The notes: a model not told the origin generated them from the letters alone. A stretch of 53,924 nucleotides of DNA from an uncultured Bacillales bacterium (GCA_947168965.1 CAMVNW010000003.1:1-53924), one strand, 5' to 3'; shown: positions 9,333 through 20,163, counted from the stretch's first letter. A program made the numbers and translations.

Positions 9333-9461
9333 TCATTTGAGCCTGGCTTGTCCATCTATAACACCAATAAGAAAAGTTATGCCGGATACAATAGCAAGAC
9401 CTATCGCAAAAGCATTGCCACCATTTACTTCATGTAACTCTCTAACACTTAACTCTTTCAT
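9333..9461 (-). CDS. Double-glycine leader peptide (class II bacteriocin/pheromone-like), 42 aa
   Basis: MKELSVRELHEVNGG/NAFAIGLAIVSGITFLIGVIDGQARLK. ELSxxELxxVxGG leader, AAGGAG RBS, TAATG coupling, downstream of C39 exporter. Confidence 0.88.
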   Translation of the reverse strand: MKELSVRELHEVNGGNAFAIGLAIVSGITFLIGVIDGQARLK

Positions 9462-9886
9462 TAAATCATCTCCTTTAATCTTGAAAAGATTGTACGTCTT
9501 CGTATAAAATTCAATTTTAAAACATTATTAATAATCTTCTTATTTTCATTAAAATCGAATTTCAAATAAACGTATCTCATTGGACCTTTATCAGTAAGAT
9601 AATATTCATCACTTATTTTATTTATAGAAAAATCTTTCTTTTCCTTATCTAAAACTAATAAAGAATCCTGTAATTTCGTAATGTCATTATCATCAATAAT
9701 AATACTAACATAATAATCATCCTCCTTAACAACTATACCATTGTAACTAATACTAAAATCAAATTTATGAAATATACATATGAAAATGAAAAATAAAATC
9801 AAGGCAACAACAAGCAGAGAAAAAAAAGTTATTGAAAAATTATATTTCTTATCAAAAAACAAACAATTATTAAAATTTTTCTTCAC
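9461..9886 (-). CDS. Single-TM accessory protein of peptide exporter (short HlyD/ComB-like, tentative)
   Basis: TM followed by SISYNGIV beta-rich part; lies between exporter and peptide. Confidence 0.55.
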   Translation of the reverse strand: MKKNFNNCLFFDKKYNFSITFFSLLVVALILFFIFICIFHKFDFSISYNGIVVKEDDYYVSIIIDDNDITKLQDSLLVLDKEKKDFSINKISDEYYLTDKGPMRYVYLKFDFNENKKIINNVLKLNFIRRRTIFSRLKEMI

Positions 9887-11930
9887 TTAATACACCCTCA
9901 TCAATTCGAATAATTCTATCATATAAATCCATATTTTCTAATCTATGACTTATAATAATAAAAGTATTGTCTTTATATTTTTTAAAAACATTTGATAATA
10001 TTTTTCTTTCAAGTTCAACATCAACTTGACTTAATCCTTCATCAATTAAAATAATTTTTGATTTTTTAAGAAGTGCTCGCGCCAATACAATACGCTGCCT
10101 TTGTCCACCAGATAAATTAAAACCATTCTCTTCAATCATCATATTCAACCCTAAATCATTATCAAGGATTTCATTAAATTCCAATAATTTAGTAATAGAT
10201 AAAATATCACTATTATCTCGAGAATAAAAACTCAAATTACTAAGTAAAGTATCATTAAAAAGCATCTCATTTTGAGAAACATAAGTAATGTTTTTTCTTA
10301 AAGACTTTATTTTATAATCATTAATATCTATACCATCAAAAGATATCATAGAGCGTGGAACAGAATAATATCCCATCAACAACTTTAAAAGAGTACTCTT
10401 TCCACTACCGCTTGTCCCATAAATCATAATCTTTTGACCCTTATCAACAGTTAAATTAACATCTTTAAGAACATCCTTCATATTATCAAATGTGAAACTT
10501 AAATTACTAATCTGAATATTACCACCATTAAAATTAACTATACCCTTATCACTACAATTTTCATATAAACTTAAAACCCTAGTAATAGATTCACGACTCT
10601 CCTTTATATTAACATCAATATCAATTATATTACGAATAGGTTCTAAAAAATAAGCCATCATACTGCTAAACGTAATTAAATAACCAAGACTTAATTTGTC
10701 ATCAAAAACAAACAAAGCACCAAAAAATACAATAAAAACATATCCAACATCATTTATAATATCCTTAATAAATCTTTGATCATTTATATGATTATCTAAT
10801 TTATAAGCATTGTTTAAAAACTCTATATATTTATTATTAAATTTATCAATTATAGAAGATTCAATATTTATACCCTTAACCGTTTCAAAACCATTAATAG
10901 ATTCATACATATATGAATTAATCAATTCCTTATTAGTTTTAATTCTATCAATATAATACCTATAAACCTTACCATATATAAAAGATAATATTACATAAAC
11001 TACCAATATAAATAAATTAATCAAAAATAAATTTAAATTAATCTTAATCAAAAATATTGCAGAAATAATAATCAAAGGAAAATCAATTAACAAGCTAACA
11101 CAAACTTTACTTATAAAATCACGAGAAACACCCAAATCATTAATTTTAGAAATGATCTCACCAGTAGTCCTATTATGATAATAATGATAAGGAAGTGATA
11201 TTACTCGTTTAAAAGTATCCAAAACAAGAGAAAAATCTAATTTACAATTTAGAATAATTAAAAACTTGCCTCTTAAATAATTAATAACTAACTTTGTTAT
11301 AGACAGTATAAGGAAAATAATAAAAATACTTTTAATATATTGTTTAGAAATATCTATTCCGTCTATTATAAATTTAAAATAAAAAGATGAAAATAATTTT
11401 AAAATGATTATAAATATAGAAAGAACTAATAACATGAAAAAACTACCTTTAAACTTTGAAATACTTTTTAACATAAAATCTATAATAGAAGTTTTTTTCA
11501 TATTTGGAATAGAACGTATTGGATATAGAATAATTAAAACTCCATCCCATATAGAACTAAAATAATTAAATGAAATCTTCTTAATACCAATACCTGGATC
11601 TGCAATAACTAAAAATTCTTTATCATAATTAATCTCATAAATAACGATATAATGTTTAATATTCTTGTCAATAATAACATGAGCAATACAAGGAAAAATA
11701 ACAGTTTTCAAATCACCTATATTCCCTTTTACCCCTTTAGAATAAAAACCTAATTCAGAAGATGCCTTAATTAAATTATATGCACTAGTACCATTTTTAC
11801 TAGTATGAGTTAAGTCCCTTAAACGTTCAATCGATACATTGCCATTATAATATCTAATAATCATAAGTAAACTAGCGCATCCGCAATCCTTATAACCCTC
11901 TTGCTTCACAAACGGATATTTTTTTAACAC
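9870..11930 (-). CDS. Peptidase C39-containing ABC transporter (bacteriocin/pheromone exporter)
   Basis: VKQEGYKDCGCAS (C39 Cys), HYIV, IADPG, TM domain, GTSGSGKST, LSGGQRQR. Confidence 0.95.
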   Translation of the reverse strand: MLKKYPFVKQEGYKDCGCASLLMIIRYYNGNVSIERLRDLTHTSKNGTSAYNLIKASSELGFYSKGVKGNIGDLKTVIFPCIAHVIIDKNIKHYIVIYEINYDKEFLVIADPGIGIKKISFNYFSSIWDGVLIILYPIRSIPNMKKTSIIDFMLKSISKFKGSFFMLLVLSIFIIILKLFSSFYFKFIIDGIDISKQYIKSIFIIFLILSITKLVINYLRGKFLIILNCKLDFSLVLDTFKRVISLPYHYYHNRTTGEIISKINDLGVSRDFISKVCVSLLIDFPLIIISAIFLIKINLNLFLINLFILVVYVILSFIYGKVYRYYIDRIKTNKELINSYMYESINGFETVKGINIESSIIDKFNNKYIEFLNNAYKLDNHINDQRFIKDIINDVGYVFIVFFGALFVFDDKLSLGYLITFSSMMAYFLEPIRNIIDIDVNIKESRESITRVLSLYENCSDKGIVNFNGGNIQISNLSFTFDNMKDVLKDVNLTVDKGQKIMIYGTSGSGKSTLLKLLMGYYSVPRSMISFDGIDINDYKIKSLRKNITYVSQNEMLFNDTLLSNLSFYSRDNSDILSITKLLEFNEILDNDLGLNMMIEENGFNLSGGQRQRIVLARALLKKSKIILIDEGLSQVDVELERKILSNVFKKYKDNTFIIISHRLENMDLYDRIIRIDEGVLSEEKF

Positions 11931-12006
11931 TTTTATCACCTCCTATAAATATCATACGACGTAGAAAAAAAAATCCCTTAAAAAAGGACAAAAAAAAAGA
12001 AAACTT

Positions 12007-12540
12007 TTAAAATTTTCTATATATACTAACATGTTTACTACCATATTTTTTAGTTTTGATTAATTCAAAATCAGAACATTCAATGACCTCATCTTCAAAC
12101 TCACAAACAATCAAACCATTTGAATTCAATAAATCTTTTTCACTAACAAACCTAAGAATATCACTTATTAAATTAAGCTTATATGGTGGATCTAAAAAAA
12201 TAATATCAAATTTAATTTTTTCTTTAACAAAAAAATTCAAAGCTTCCTTATAATCTTTTTTTATCAACTCACTATTTGAAATACCATTCAAATTATTTTT
12301 TAATATATCAAAAATCAAATTACTATTCTCAATAAAATAACATTTAGAAGCACCATTGCTTAAAGCTTCTATTCCTAAAGAACCACTACCAGCAAATAAA
12401 TCAAGGCAAATACTATTCTTTAAATTATTTTGAATCATTCCAAACATAGACTCTTTTACTCTATCCATTGTAGGTCTAGTTCCAGAAATATCAAAGCCCA
12501 TTATATTTTTTCCTTTATATTTTCCACTAATAACCCTCAT
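12007..12540 (-). CDS. rsmD: 16S rRNA m2G966 methyltransferase
   Basis: MRVISGKYKG, RPTMDRVKES, LDLFAGSGSLGIEALS, FLDPPY. Confidence 0.95.
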   Translation of the reverse strand: MRVISGKYKGKNIMGFDISGTRPTMDRVKESMFGMIQNNLKNSICLDLFAGSGSLGIEALSNGASKCYFIENSNLIFDILKNNLNGISNSELIKKDYKEALNFFVKEKIKFDIIFLDPPYKLNLISDILRFVSEKDLLNSNGLIVCEFEDEVIECSDFELIKTKKYGSKHVSIYRKF

Positions 12541-12568
12541 AATTTCACCCATTAATATTTTAACACAC

Positions 12569-12790
12569 TTACTTCAAAGAAGAAACAATATTTTGAACCA
12601 TTTCAATTGTACTTATAGCCTTAGATATTTTATCAGTCGTTCTGAGTTTATATACCTCTTTTACCTTATTTTCAAATTCACTAAACATAGAAGGATTTCT
12701 ATTAAGAATCTTATACCAATATGAATTTTCACGTAAGTATTTTAAATATAAGGGATTATTTTTAATCTTAAACTGTAAATCTAAAATCAA
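12569..12790 (-). CDS. ylbE: YlbE-like protein
   Basis: YLRENSYWYKILNRNP motif; synteny with ylbD and rsmD. Confidence 0.75.
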   Translation of the reverse strand: MILDLQFKIKNNPLYLKYLRENSYWYKILNRNPSMFSEFENKVKEVYKLRTTDKISKAISTIEMVQNIVSSLK

Positions 12791-13122
12791 TCTTCAAAAT
12801 GTTTATATAATGGTCTTGGTTTATATTCATCAGTATTTGATGAACTATCCTTATTAGCAAAATCTTGAACAACACCTAAAACCCTTTGTATAGACGCAAT
12901 GCCATCTTGAATACCATCCATATCTATAGACTTAATCCACGAAAAAAAATCAGTTGAAGTAGATGAAGAAACAGATAAATATTCATTCCAAGCAGATGAA
13001 TCCGCACCATATAAACTAAAAAGTTCATAAAAATTCTGCCATGTTTTTTCACCACTCCTAACATATTTTATTAAATTAGGATTATTTCTTACAAATTCTT
13101 TAAATTCTTCCTTACTATTCAT
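12787..13122 (-). CDS. ylbD: YlbD-like putative spore coat protein
   Basis: FKEFVRNNPNL...TWQNFYELFSLYG...W motif. Confidence 0.78.
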   Translation of the reverse strand: MNSKEEFKEFVRNNPNLIKYVRSGEKTWQNFYELFSLYGADSSAWNEYLSVSSSTSTDFFSWIKSIDMDGIQDGIASIQRVLGVVQDFANKDSSSNTDEYKPRPLYKHFED

Positions 13123-13203
13123 GGTATCACCCATATTATTATATGATTTTAAATAATTAAATTTCCTAAATATAAACTTAAAATAATAAAGAAAAGAAGA
13201 ATA

Positions 13204-13866
13204 TTACATATAATATTCTTCTTGATTAACTAACTCGGCAACATAAACAGTTTGAGTAGACTCATCATCCTTAGTACAAGTGACAAGCATCATAGTTGTC
13301 TTACCATATGGCCTATAAACATTTATAGTACCAGTCTTCGCCTGAGTATAAATATAAGTAATCTTATAAGTATATTTAACATTATTATAATAAACATAAG
13401 CATAAGACCCAGTACCTAATTTATATAAATTCTTAAAAAAACTTAAATATCCATTACCAGAATGTGCCGCTAAAACAAAGTTGCCACCCTCACGATCAGG
13501 GTAATCAGATGGAGATAAAATTGCTACGTTACGACTTACAGTATTATATCTTGAATCCATAGCGTAAATACCTTTTTTTAAATCAATTTCAGGTATTTCC
13601 AATACAGCAATATAACTTTCAGTAATAACCTCAGGTTCTTCCTCTGGTTCCTCTTCTGGATTATCCTCTGGCTCAGAAGGAGGATCCTGAACAACAACCT
13701 CTGGATCATCGTCAACATTCATCTGATTAAAATAAAGTTGCATATTTATAAATTCAAACAAAGAATTCTTCTTATTTAACAAATATTGAGACGATAAAAT
13801 CAATATTCCACAAAAAATAATCAATGTACCAATCGCAATTATTTGCCCACGGGTAAGTTTATTCAT
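13204..13866 (-). CDS. Sortase (class D-like)
   Basis: TM, EEPE linker, LEIPEIDL, LAAHSG, MLVTC. Confidence 0.9.
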   Translation of the reverse strand: MNKLTRGQIIAIGTLIIFCGILILSSQYLLNKKNSLFEFINMQLYFNQMNVDDDPEVVVQDPPSEPEDNPEEEPEEEPEVITESYIAVLEIPEIDLKKGIYAMDSRYNTVSRNVAILSPSDYPDREGGNFVLAAHSGNGYLSFFKNLYKLGTGSYAYVYYNNVKYTYKITYIYTQAKTGTINVYRPYGKTTMMLVTCTKDDESTQTVYVAELVNQEEYYM

Positions 13867-13886
13867 AACATCACCTCTTAATAAAA

Positions 13887-14846
13887 CTATAAATCAAAAT
13901 CAATTATTTCAACATCTTCATTTTTTCTCTCTACTTTAGTATCCAAAAACTGAAAATTATCAAATACATTAGATGAATTAGTAGTATACACTTTTTTATC
14001 ATTATCAGTTTCAACAGAAGAATTGTTCTGATTACTTATTTCATTAACACCATTAAAAGAATTATTAACAGGTTCAAATGATAAAATTTCTTCAGAATTA
14101 TCTTCTATAGGAATTTCTGGAACCAACGCCTGAACGATATTATCATTAAATGAAGTACTACTATTTACTAAAACATCATTAGTAGTATTTTCATTTACAT
14201 TAGAAACACTTTTTGGTTCATTATAATCATTAATATATTCATCAAAATCATCTTGTTCTGGAGCCTTCTTAGTCTTAAATATTTTATCAGCTTTTTTCAA
14301 ATAAAATATTATAAATAGAATAACAATCCAAACAACAAATAATCCCATACCTAATTCTAACAAAGTCAAAGTTTGTTCATTAGTATACAAATTTGTATTA
14401 GTTGATAAATCAATTTTATTTGATTCAACAATATATATAAAAAGTGCGAATAACATTTGAATAAAAGTAAAAAATACTATATTTATTATTTTAACAATTC
14501 GATGGTTCTTATTACTATTTAAAGTAACAAACATAATTATGAAAGATATAAACATAATAACAACATAAACAGGAATTATAGGAAAATAAATATTTGCCAT
14601 AAACAAAGTAAAAAATGAATCGATACTTGTTAAAAAATAACTACCATACTTAACAACAGCAAAACCTATAATTAAAACATATATACCTATAAAAACATAT
14701 TTAATAATTTTTTTATTTAATCTTGATGAAAAAAACAATATAATCATTAAGATCATAGAAAATGCAAAAATACCTATGATTATAGGAGAAGAGAATAATA
14801 ACTTAAATAATACCTGCATTTTTTCTAATAAAGTTAATTGACTCAT
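13887..14846 (-). CDS. Multi-pass membrane protein with acidic low-complexity tail
   Basis: ~5 hydrophobic segments then N/D/E-rich C-terminus. Confidence 0.75.
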   Translation of the reverse strand: MSQLTLLEKMQVLFKLLFSSPIIIGIFAFSMILMIILFFSSRLNKKIIKYVFIGIYVLIIGFAVVKYGSYFLTSIDSFFTLFMANIYFPIIPVYVVIMFISFIIMFVTLNSNKNHRIVKIINIVFFTFIQMLFALFIYIVESNKIDLSTNTNLYTNEQTLTLLELGMGLFVVWIVILFIIFYLKKADKIFKTKKAPEQDDFDEYINDYNEPKSVSNVNENTTNDVLVNSSTSFNDNIVQALVPEIPIEDNSEEILSFEPVNNSFNGVNEISNQNNSSVETDNDKKVYTTNSSNVFDNFQFLDTKVERKNEDVEIIDFDL

Positions 14847-14921
14847 TTTTCACACTTCCAATTCATTTAATCTATATATTACTATACACTATTATAGTAA
14901 AAATATTTCGAATAGTCAAAT

Positions 14922-14949
14922 AAAAAAAGCACTAATTGCTTAATGCTTT
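14922..14949 (-). terminator. Intrinsic terminator
   Basis: AAAGCATTAA-GCAA-TTAGTGCTTT followed by T-run. Confidence 0.65.
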
Positions 14950-14958
14950 CTTATAATT

Positions 14959-17505
14959 TTAGTAAACCTCTTTACCCTTTTTCTTAGCAACAGTAATTGT
15001 TCCAATACCTACGAACATTACCATACTTCCTATAACATATGTGCTAGAAACATCTAAACCAGTATTTGGAACTTCCATAACTTCATTATATACATCAATC
15101 TTTAAAAGAGTATTATCTTTAACTTCGAATTCATATTTAGAAGTTAACATTCCATCTACGATCATACCTTCTTTATAACCTTCTGCAGGTAATGTTTCTA
15201 CTAAAACATATTTACCAACTGGAAGTTTTTCAATATAGTGTGGTTCTTTACCAGATACCCACTCTAATTTTTCTCCGTTTTGATATACAGGAGTACCATC
15301 AGTATTTATGATTTGTAAAGTAGCTCCTTCTATCTCTTCACCATTTGTAAAGTCTCTCTTAGAAATTAAAACCTTTGTAACATCATTTTCAAATACTACC
15401 ATTTGAATACCAGTTTCAGGTTTAACTTCAAATTCAACTTCATTTGTAACAGCAGCATATCCTTCTGGAACAACTGTTTCTACTAATTTATATTTACCAA
15501 CAGGTAACATTTCAATATAGTGTGGTTCATTTCCTGATACCCACTCTAATACTTTACCATTTTGATATACAGGTGTACCATCAGTATTTACAATACGTAA
15601 AGTAGCTCCTGGTAATTCTTTTTGATTAGTAATATCTTGTTTAGATATTTTAATCTTAGTTACATCATTTTTAATCTTAAGAATTTCTTCTTTTGACATA
15701 GCTTCACAAGTTTTATTGTTATTTGAATCTTTTTTGATATTACATGTAGTAACACTACCATCTTCATTTAATACGAAATGAATTGAAGTTTCTAATGGTA
15801 CATATCCATCTGGAGCAACTGTCTCAACGATTTCATAGATTACACCAGTATCTAAACCTTTAATTCTATGTTCTTCAGTTGTAGAAGTCCATCCTTCTTT
15901 AAAATTACCATCTTTATCATATAACTTCATATCTGCACCGGCAATTTCTTTTTGTCCAGTAGCATCAGTCTTACTTACATCTAAATAACTAACATCGACT
16001 AAAGTAACAACATTCTTATCTAAATCACCATAGATTTTACCATCTTTAACAGTTACATATTTTGGTTCAGAAATTTCAAATCCATGAGGTGCTTCAACCT
16101 CTTTAATAATATAACTTCCATCTTCTATTTTACCGAAATCAACACCAACTGTTAATTCTTTAATAGAACCATCACTAATCCATTCATAATCACAATTTGA
16201 TTCTTTCTTTGAATCATAATCATATGAACAAATAACTATCTTAGCATTTTTAACTGCTTCCCCTTTTTCATTAACCTTCTTAAGTTTAATTGTTGGAAGT
16301 TCATTAACAACAGTTAAAGTCTTAGAACTAATAACATTGTTATTAGAATCTTTTACATTACCATCTTTATCAATAGTAAATCTAACTTCATAATCATATA
16401 TTAAGTATCCACTTGGAGCACTAATTTCTTTTAAAGAATACTCTCCTGGATATAATGATACATTAATATAATTAGTAGTTGAATCATAAGAATTAATCAA
16501 TGAACCATTACTATAAATACCTAATTTAGCACCAGAAATTAATTCATTTTTACTGTTAACTTTAGCAATCTTAATTTCTGTTTCTTTTTGAGTATTATCA
16601 TAATTACCATTAACTGTATAATTAACTGATAAATTTTCATCCTTAGTAAATAATAAAGCTAATCTTTGTAATCCTGAAGAATTTAAACTTTGATATCCGT
16701 GTAATTCATATCCTGTTACATAACTATCAACAGTTTTAGCAGTAAATGTAGCAGAAACTACACCACTCTTTCCGTCTTCAATAGGAATAATGATTTTAAA
16801 TTGATCATTAACACTATAAGTAGCACTTGTCTTACCAGTATTATTACCGTTAATATCAGCTAAATAACCACCTGATACATTAACAGTATAATTTCCTGGA
16901 GCTGAAATAACAAATGTAGAATCTGATAATAAGTATTTCTTACCACCAATTGTAACTTCATGCATAGATTGACCTAAGCTTCCATTTGCGTCATTTACAG
17001 AAATAGAATTATTACCTTTTGTAAAATCCTTACCATTATTAGCTTCTCCAATAGCAGCTATTAACTTTCTATAAGCTGGACCATAAACAGAACTATTCAT
17101 TAACGAATTATGCATTGGTGTACTACCATTTTCAGCATACCATAAAGCAGCTTGAGTTACATAGAATGAATCAATTTCACCTAATCCAAAATTGTAATAT
17201 GGATCCTCAGATGTACGAATTACAGCAACCATCTTGTTGATAGTTGAATATCCGAAAACTTGATTCATATTAAATAAACTCATTGTACTTCCATTGCTTG
17301 GTGCTGGATTAGCAATATCTAAACAATAAGCATGTGTTCCACCACTTGGTTCTACAGTAAATAAATGATATCCACTTGCCATACGTGTAGCACCTGTTAA
17401 TCTAACATTTTGTGGAACTGCAACAGCGTTAACCTTACTTGAAACGCCTAAAAAAACAACAGTCATAATTAGTAAACTTAAAAATAACTTAAATGTTTTT
17501 TTCAT
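14959..17505 (-). CDS. Sortase-anchored adhesin: thioester domain plus SpaA repeats
   Basis: AYCLDIANP...VTQAALW; five SpaA-like repeats with the last two near-duplicated; VPNTG + TM + KKKGK. Confidence 0.9.
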   Translation of the reverse strand: MKKTFKLFLSLLIMTVVFLGVSSKVNAVAVPQNVRLTGATRMASGYHLFTVEPSGGTHAYCLDIANPAPSNGSTMSLFNMNQVFGYSTINKMVAVIRTSEDPYYNFGLGEIDSFYVTQAALWYAENGSTPMHNSLMNSSVYGPAYRKLIAAIGEANNGKDFTKGNNSISVNDANGSLGQSMHEVTIGGKKYLLSDSTFVISAPGNYTVNVSGGYLADINGNNTGKTSATYSVNDQFKIIIPIEDGKSGVVSATFTAKTVDSYVTGYELHGYQSLNSSGLQRLALLFTKDENLSVNYTVNGNYDNTQKETEIKIAKVNSKNELISGAKLGIYSNGSLINSYDSTTNYINVSLYPGEYSLKEISAPSGYLIYDYEVRFTIDKDGNVKDSNNNVISSKTLTVVNELPTIKLKKVNEKGEAVKNAKIVICSYDYDSKKESNCDYEWISDGSIKELTVGVDFGKIEDGSYIIKEVEAPHGFEISEPKYVTVKDGKIYGDLDKNVVTLVDVSYLDVSKTDATGQKEIAGADMKLYDKDGNFKEGWTSTTEEHRIKGLDTGVIYEIVETVAPDGYVPLETSIHFVLNEDGSVTTCNIKKDSNNNKTCEAMSKEEILKIKNDVTKIKISKQDITNQKELPGATLRIVNTDGTPVYQNGKVLEWVSGNEPHYIEMLPVGKYKLVETVVPEGYAAVTNEVEFEVKPETGIQMVVFENDVTKVLISKRDFTNGEEIEGATLQIINTDGTPVYQNGEKLEWVSGKEPHYIEKLPVGKYVLVETLPAEGYKEGMIVDGMLTSKYEFEVKDNTLLKIDVYNEVMEVPNTGLDVSSTYVIGSMVMFVGIGTITVAKKKGKEVY

Positions 17506-17563
17506 AATACAAAACCTCCCCTTTTGTCAATAAATCCAACAATTTAATTGACATTGGTTCAAT

Positions 17564-17592
17564 ATTCTATTACAAAAACAAACATTTGTCAA
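17564..17592 (-). promoter_or_regulatory. SigA-type promoter of adhesin gene
   Basis: TTGACA-17 bp-TAGAAT. Confidence 0.65.
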
Positions 17593-17641
17593 TAGATTTT
17601 TAAATATATAAAAGAAAAAAGCGTAATAAATTACACTTTTT

Positions 17642-20161
17642 CTACCCAATCTTAAAATCATCTAAAAAATCATCAATTGTAAGTATTTGCTCATCTATCT
17701 CGTCAAGTTTTATTTCCAATGTTTCAATTTCTTCAACAACAGGAACATCATCTACTTTATCAGAATCAACTAAACTAACAGAATTAAATACATCAAAAAT
17801 ATTTCCCTTTGAAATACTGCTACCAGTAGAATATCTATCCATAATAGGTAAACTAGTAGATTTTAATTCATCAAAATCATTTCCAATTTTAACAATAAAA
17901 TCACACTTATCACATACAAAAGTCTTAAGAATTCTATATGGATTAGTTTTAACATCACGAATTAATTGAATACCTTTTCTACCCCTACTAGTCCTTTCAA
18001 ATTCAGACATCCTAACACGCTTTCCAGTACTTTTATGAGTAATAACACAAACGTAATCGTTATCATCACTAAATACTGAAGCACTAACAACATAATCATT
18101 TTTTAAAGAAATTCCTTTAACACCGGCACTCTTAACACCAGTAATACCAACCTCAGAAAGTAAAAATCTAAGACCAATACCATTATAAGTAGAAATAAAT
18201 ATTTCATTACCACTTAAATCAGTAACACTTACAACAAGATCATCATCTTTTAACTTAAATGCAGTCATTGCTTTAGAATAACGACTAACCTTAAAATCAC
18301 TTATATTAGTACGCTTAATCATACCATTCTTTGATACCATAGTAATAACTTTACCACACTCAAAATCATAAACAGGAATACTAGAAACAATATTTTCATT
18401 AGGTTCTAACTTAATAATATTACTAATATGCTTTCCTAATTCTTTCCATTTCATTTCAGGTATTTCATAAACAGGTAAATATAAATAATTTCCTAAATCA
18501 GTAAATAACAATACAGTATTTAAAGTATTAATTTTATAAAGGCCAATTACATAATCTCCATCTTTAACTAAAGTAGACTCCTTCTCATCATAACTACGCA
18601 TAGAAACACGTTTAACATAACCATCATGAGTAACAACAACAATACAGTCCTCTTTCGGAAGCATTGCCTCAGTATCAATCTTAATTTCAGTTACTTCATC
18701 ACGAATCTCAGTAATTCTTGGAGTAGCATAATTTTTCTTAATACTACGTAACTCATCCTTCATAACAGATTTTAATTTATCTTCATTACCTAAAATTTCT
18801 TCCAATTCAGAAATCAAAGCTAACAAACTTGCATGTTTTTCCTCTAACTCAGTAACATCTGTATTAGTTAATCTATAAAGTTGTAAAGTAACGATAGCCT
18901 CAGCTTGTTCACGAGTAAAATCAAATTTACTAACCAAATTATCCTTTGCGTCACTCTTATTCTTACTAGCACGAATACAGTGTATTACCTCATCAAGAAT
19001 AGATAATGCTTTAATTAAACCTTCAACAATATGCATTTCACGTTTAGCAGTAGCTAAATCAAATTCACTACGCTTTACAACAACTTCTCTTTTATGAGCA
19101 ATATAAGCGTCAAGTATAGGAATAATACCAAGAGTCATTGGTCTTCTATCAACAATAGAAACCATATTATAATTATAATTAACTTGTAACTCAGTATTCT
19201 TAAGTAAATAATTAATAATTAAATCTTTATTTGCATCCTTCTTTAAATCAATAACAATTCTAACACTTTCTTCACGGTCAGACTCGTCTCTTACCTCAGC
19301 AATTCCATCAATTTTCTTATCAATTCTAATAGAATCAATCTTATTAACAAGCATTGCCTTATTAACTTCAAAAGGGATTTCATGAATAATTATTTGTTCC
19401 TTAGACTTTTCCTTATGAAACTCATACTTACACTTTACAATAACTTTACCACGTCCAGTAGTAAATGCATCAATAATACCCTTTTTGCCTTCAACTACAC
19501 CACCTGTTGGAAAATCAGGCCCCTTTACAATTTCTAAAATTGTATCAAGTCTACAATTTGGACTATCAATACGCTTAATAGTTGCATCAACAATCTCACC
19601 CAAATTATGTGGAGGAATACTAGTAGCATAACCTGCAGAAATACCATTTGCACCATTTACAAGCAAATTTGGAAATTGAGCAGGAAGTACAGTAGGCTCT
19701 AAAAATCTATCATCAAAATTAGGAGCCCAAGGAATAGTTTCCTTATCAAGATCACGTAACAACTCCTTTGAAACAGGAGCAAGTCTTGCTTCAGTATAAC
19801 GATAAGCAGCTGCACCATCTCCATCCATAGAACCATTATTACCATGAATAGAAACTAAAATAGTATTTTGCTTCCACCATTGACTCATACGAACCATAGC
19901 ATCATAAACAGATGAATCACCATGTGGATGGAATTTACCTAACACATCTCCTACAGTAGCAGCACACTTAATAAAAGGTTTATCCCAAGTGTTCCCTGCT
20001 TTATACATAGCATAAAGGATTCTTCTTTGAACAGGTTTCAAACCATCCCTAACATCAGGAATAGCACGGTCTTGAATAATTTCTTTAGCATAATTACCAA
20101 ACCTGTCACCCATTATATCCTCTAACGCATAATCATGAATTCTTTTAAGTACATCTTCCAT
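17642..20161 (-). CDS. parC: DNA topoisomerase IV subunit A
   Basis: DVRDGLKPVQRR, FHPHGDSSVYDAMVRMSQ, AAYRYTE; follows parE. Confidence 0.95.
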   Translation of the reverse strand: MEDVLKRIHDYALEDIMGDRFGNYAKEIIQDRAIPDVRDGLKPVQRRILYAMYKAGNTWDKPFIKCAATVGDVLGKFHPHGDSSVYDAMVRMSQWWKQNTILVSIHGNNGSMDGDGAAAYRYTEARLAPVSKELLRDLDKETIPWAPNFDDRFLEPTVLPAQFPNLLVNGANGISAGYATSIPPHNLGEIVDATIKRIDSPNCRLDTILEIVKGPDFPTGGVVEGKKGIIDAFTTGRGKVIVKCKYEFHKEKSKEQIIIHEIPFEVNKAMLVNKIDSIRIDKKIDGIAEVRDESDREESVRIVIDLKKDANKDLIINYLLKNTELQVNYNYNMVSIVDRRPMTLGIIPILDAYIAHKREVVVKRSEFDLATAKREMHIVEGLIKALSILDEVIHCIRASKNKSDAKDNLVSKFDFTREQAEAIVTLQLYRLTNTDVTELEEKHASLLALISELEEILGNEDKLKSVMKDELRSIKKNYATPRITEIRDEVTEIKIDTEAMLPKEDCIVVVTHDGYVKRVSMRSYDEKESTLVKDGDYVIGLYKINTLNTVLLFTDLGNYLYLPVYEIPEMKWKELGKHISNIIKLEPNENIVSSIPVYDFECGKVITMVSKNGMIKRTNISDFKVSRYSKAMTAFKLKDDDLVVSVTDLSGNEIFISTYNGIGLRFLLSEVGITGVKSAGVKGISLKNDYVVSASVFSDDNDYVCVITHKSTGKRVRMSEFERTSRGRKGIQLIRDVKTNPYRILKTFVCDKCDFIVKIGNDFDELKSTSLPIMDRYSTGSSISKGNIFDVFNSVSLVDSDKVDDVPVVEEIETLEIKLDEIDEQILTIDDFLDDFKIG

Positions 20162-20163
20162 AA

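Noticed and set aside
9322-9507. Plus-strand 61-aa ORF
   Set aside because: Antisense to the double-glycine peptide gene, which has an RBS and a recognisable leader
15100-15680. Near-duplicate ~290 bp segments in the adhesin gene as mobile or DGR repeats
   Set aside because: In-frame duplication of SpaA domains; no reverse transcriptase in the window
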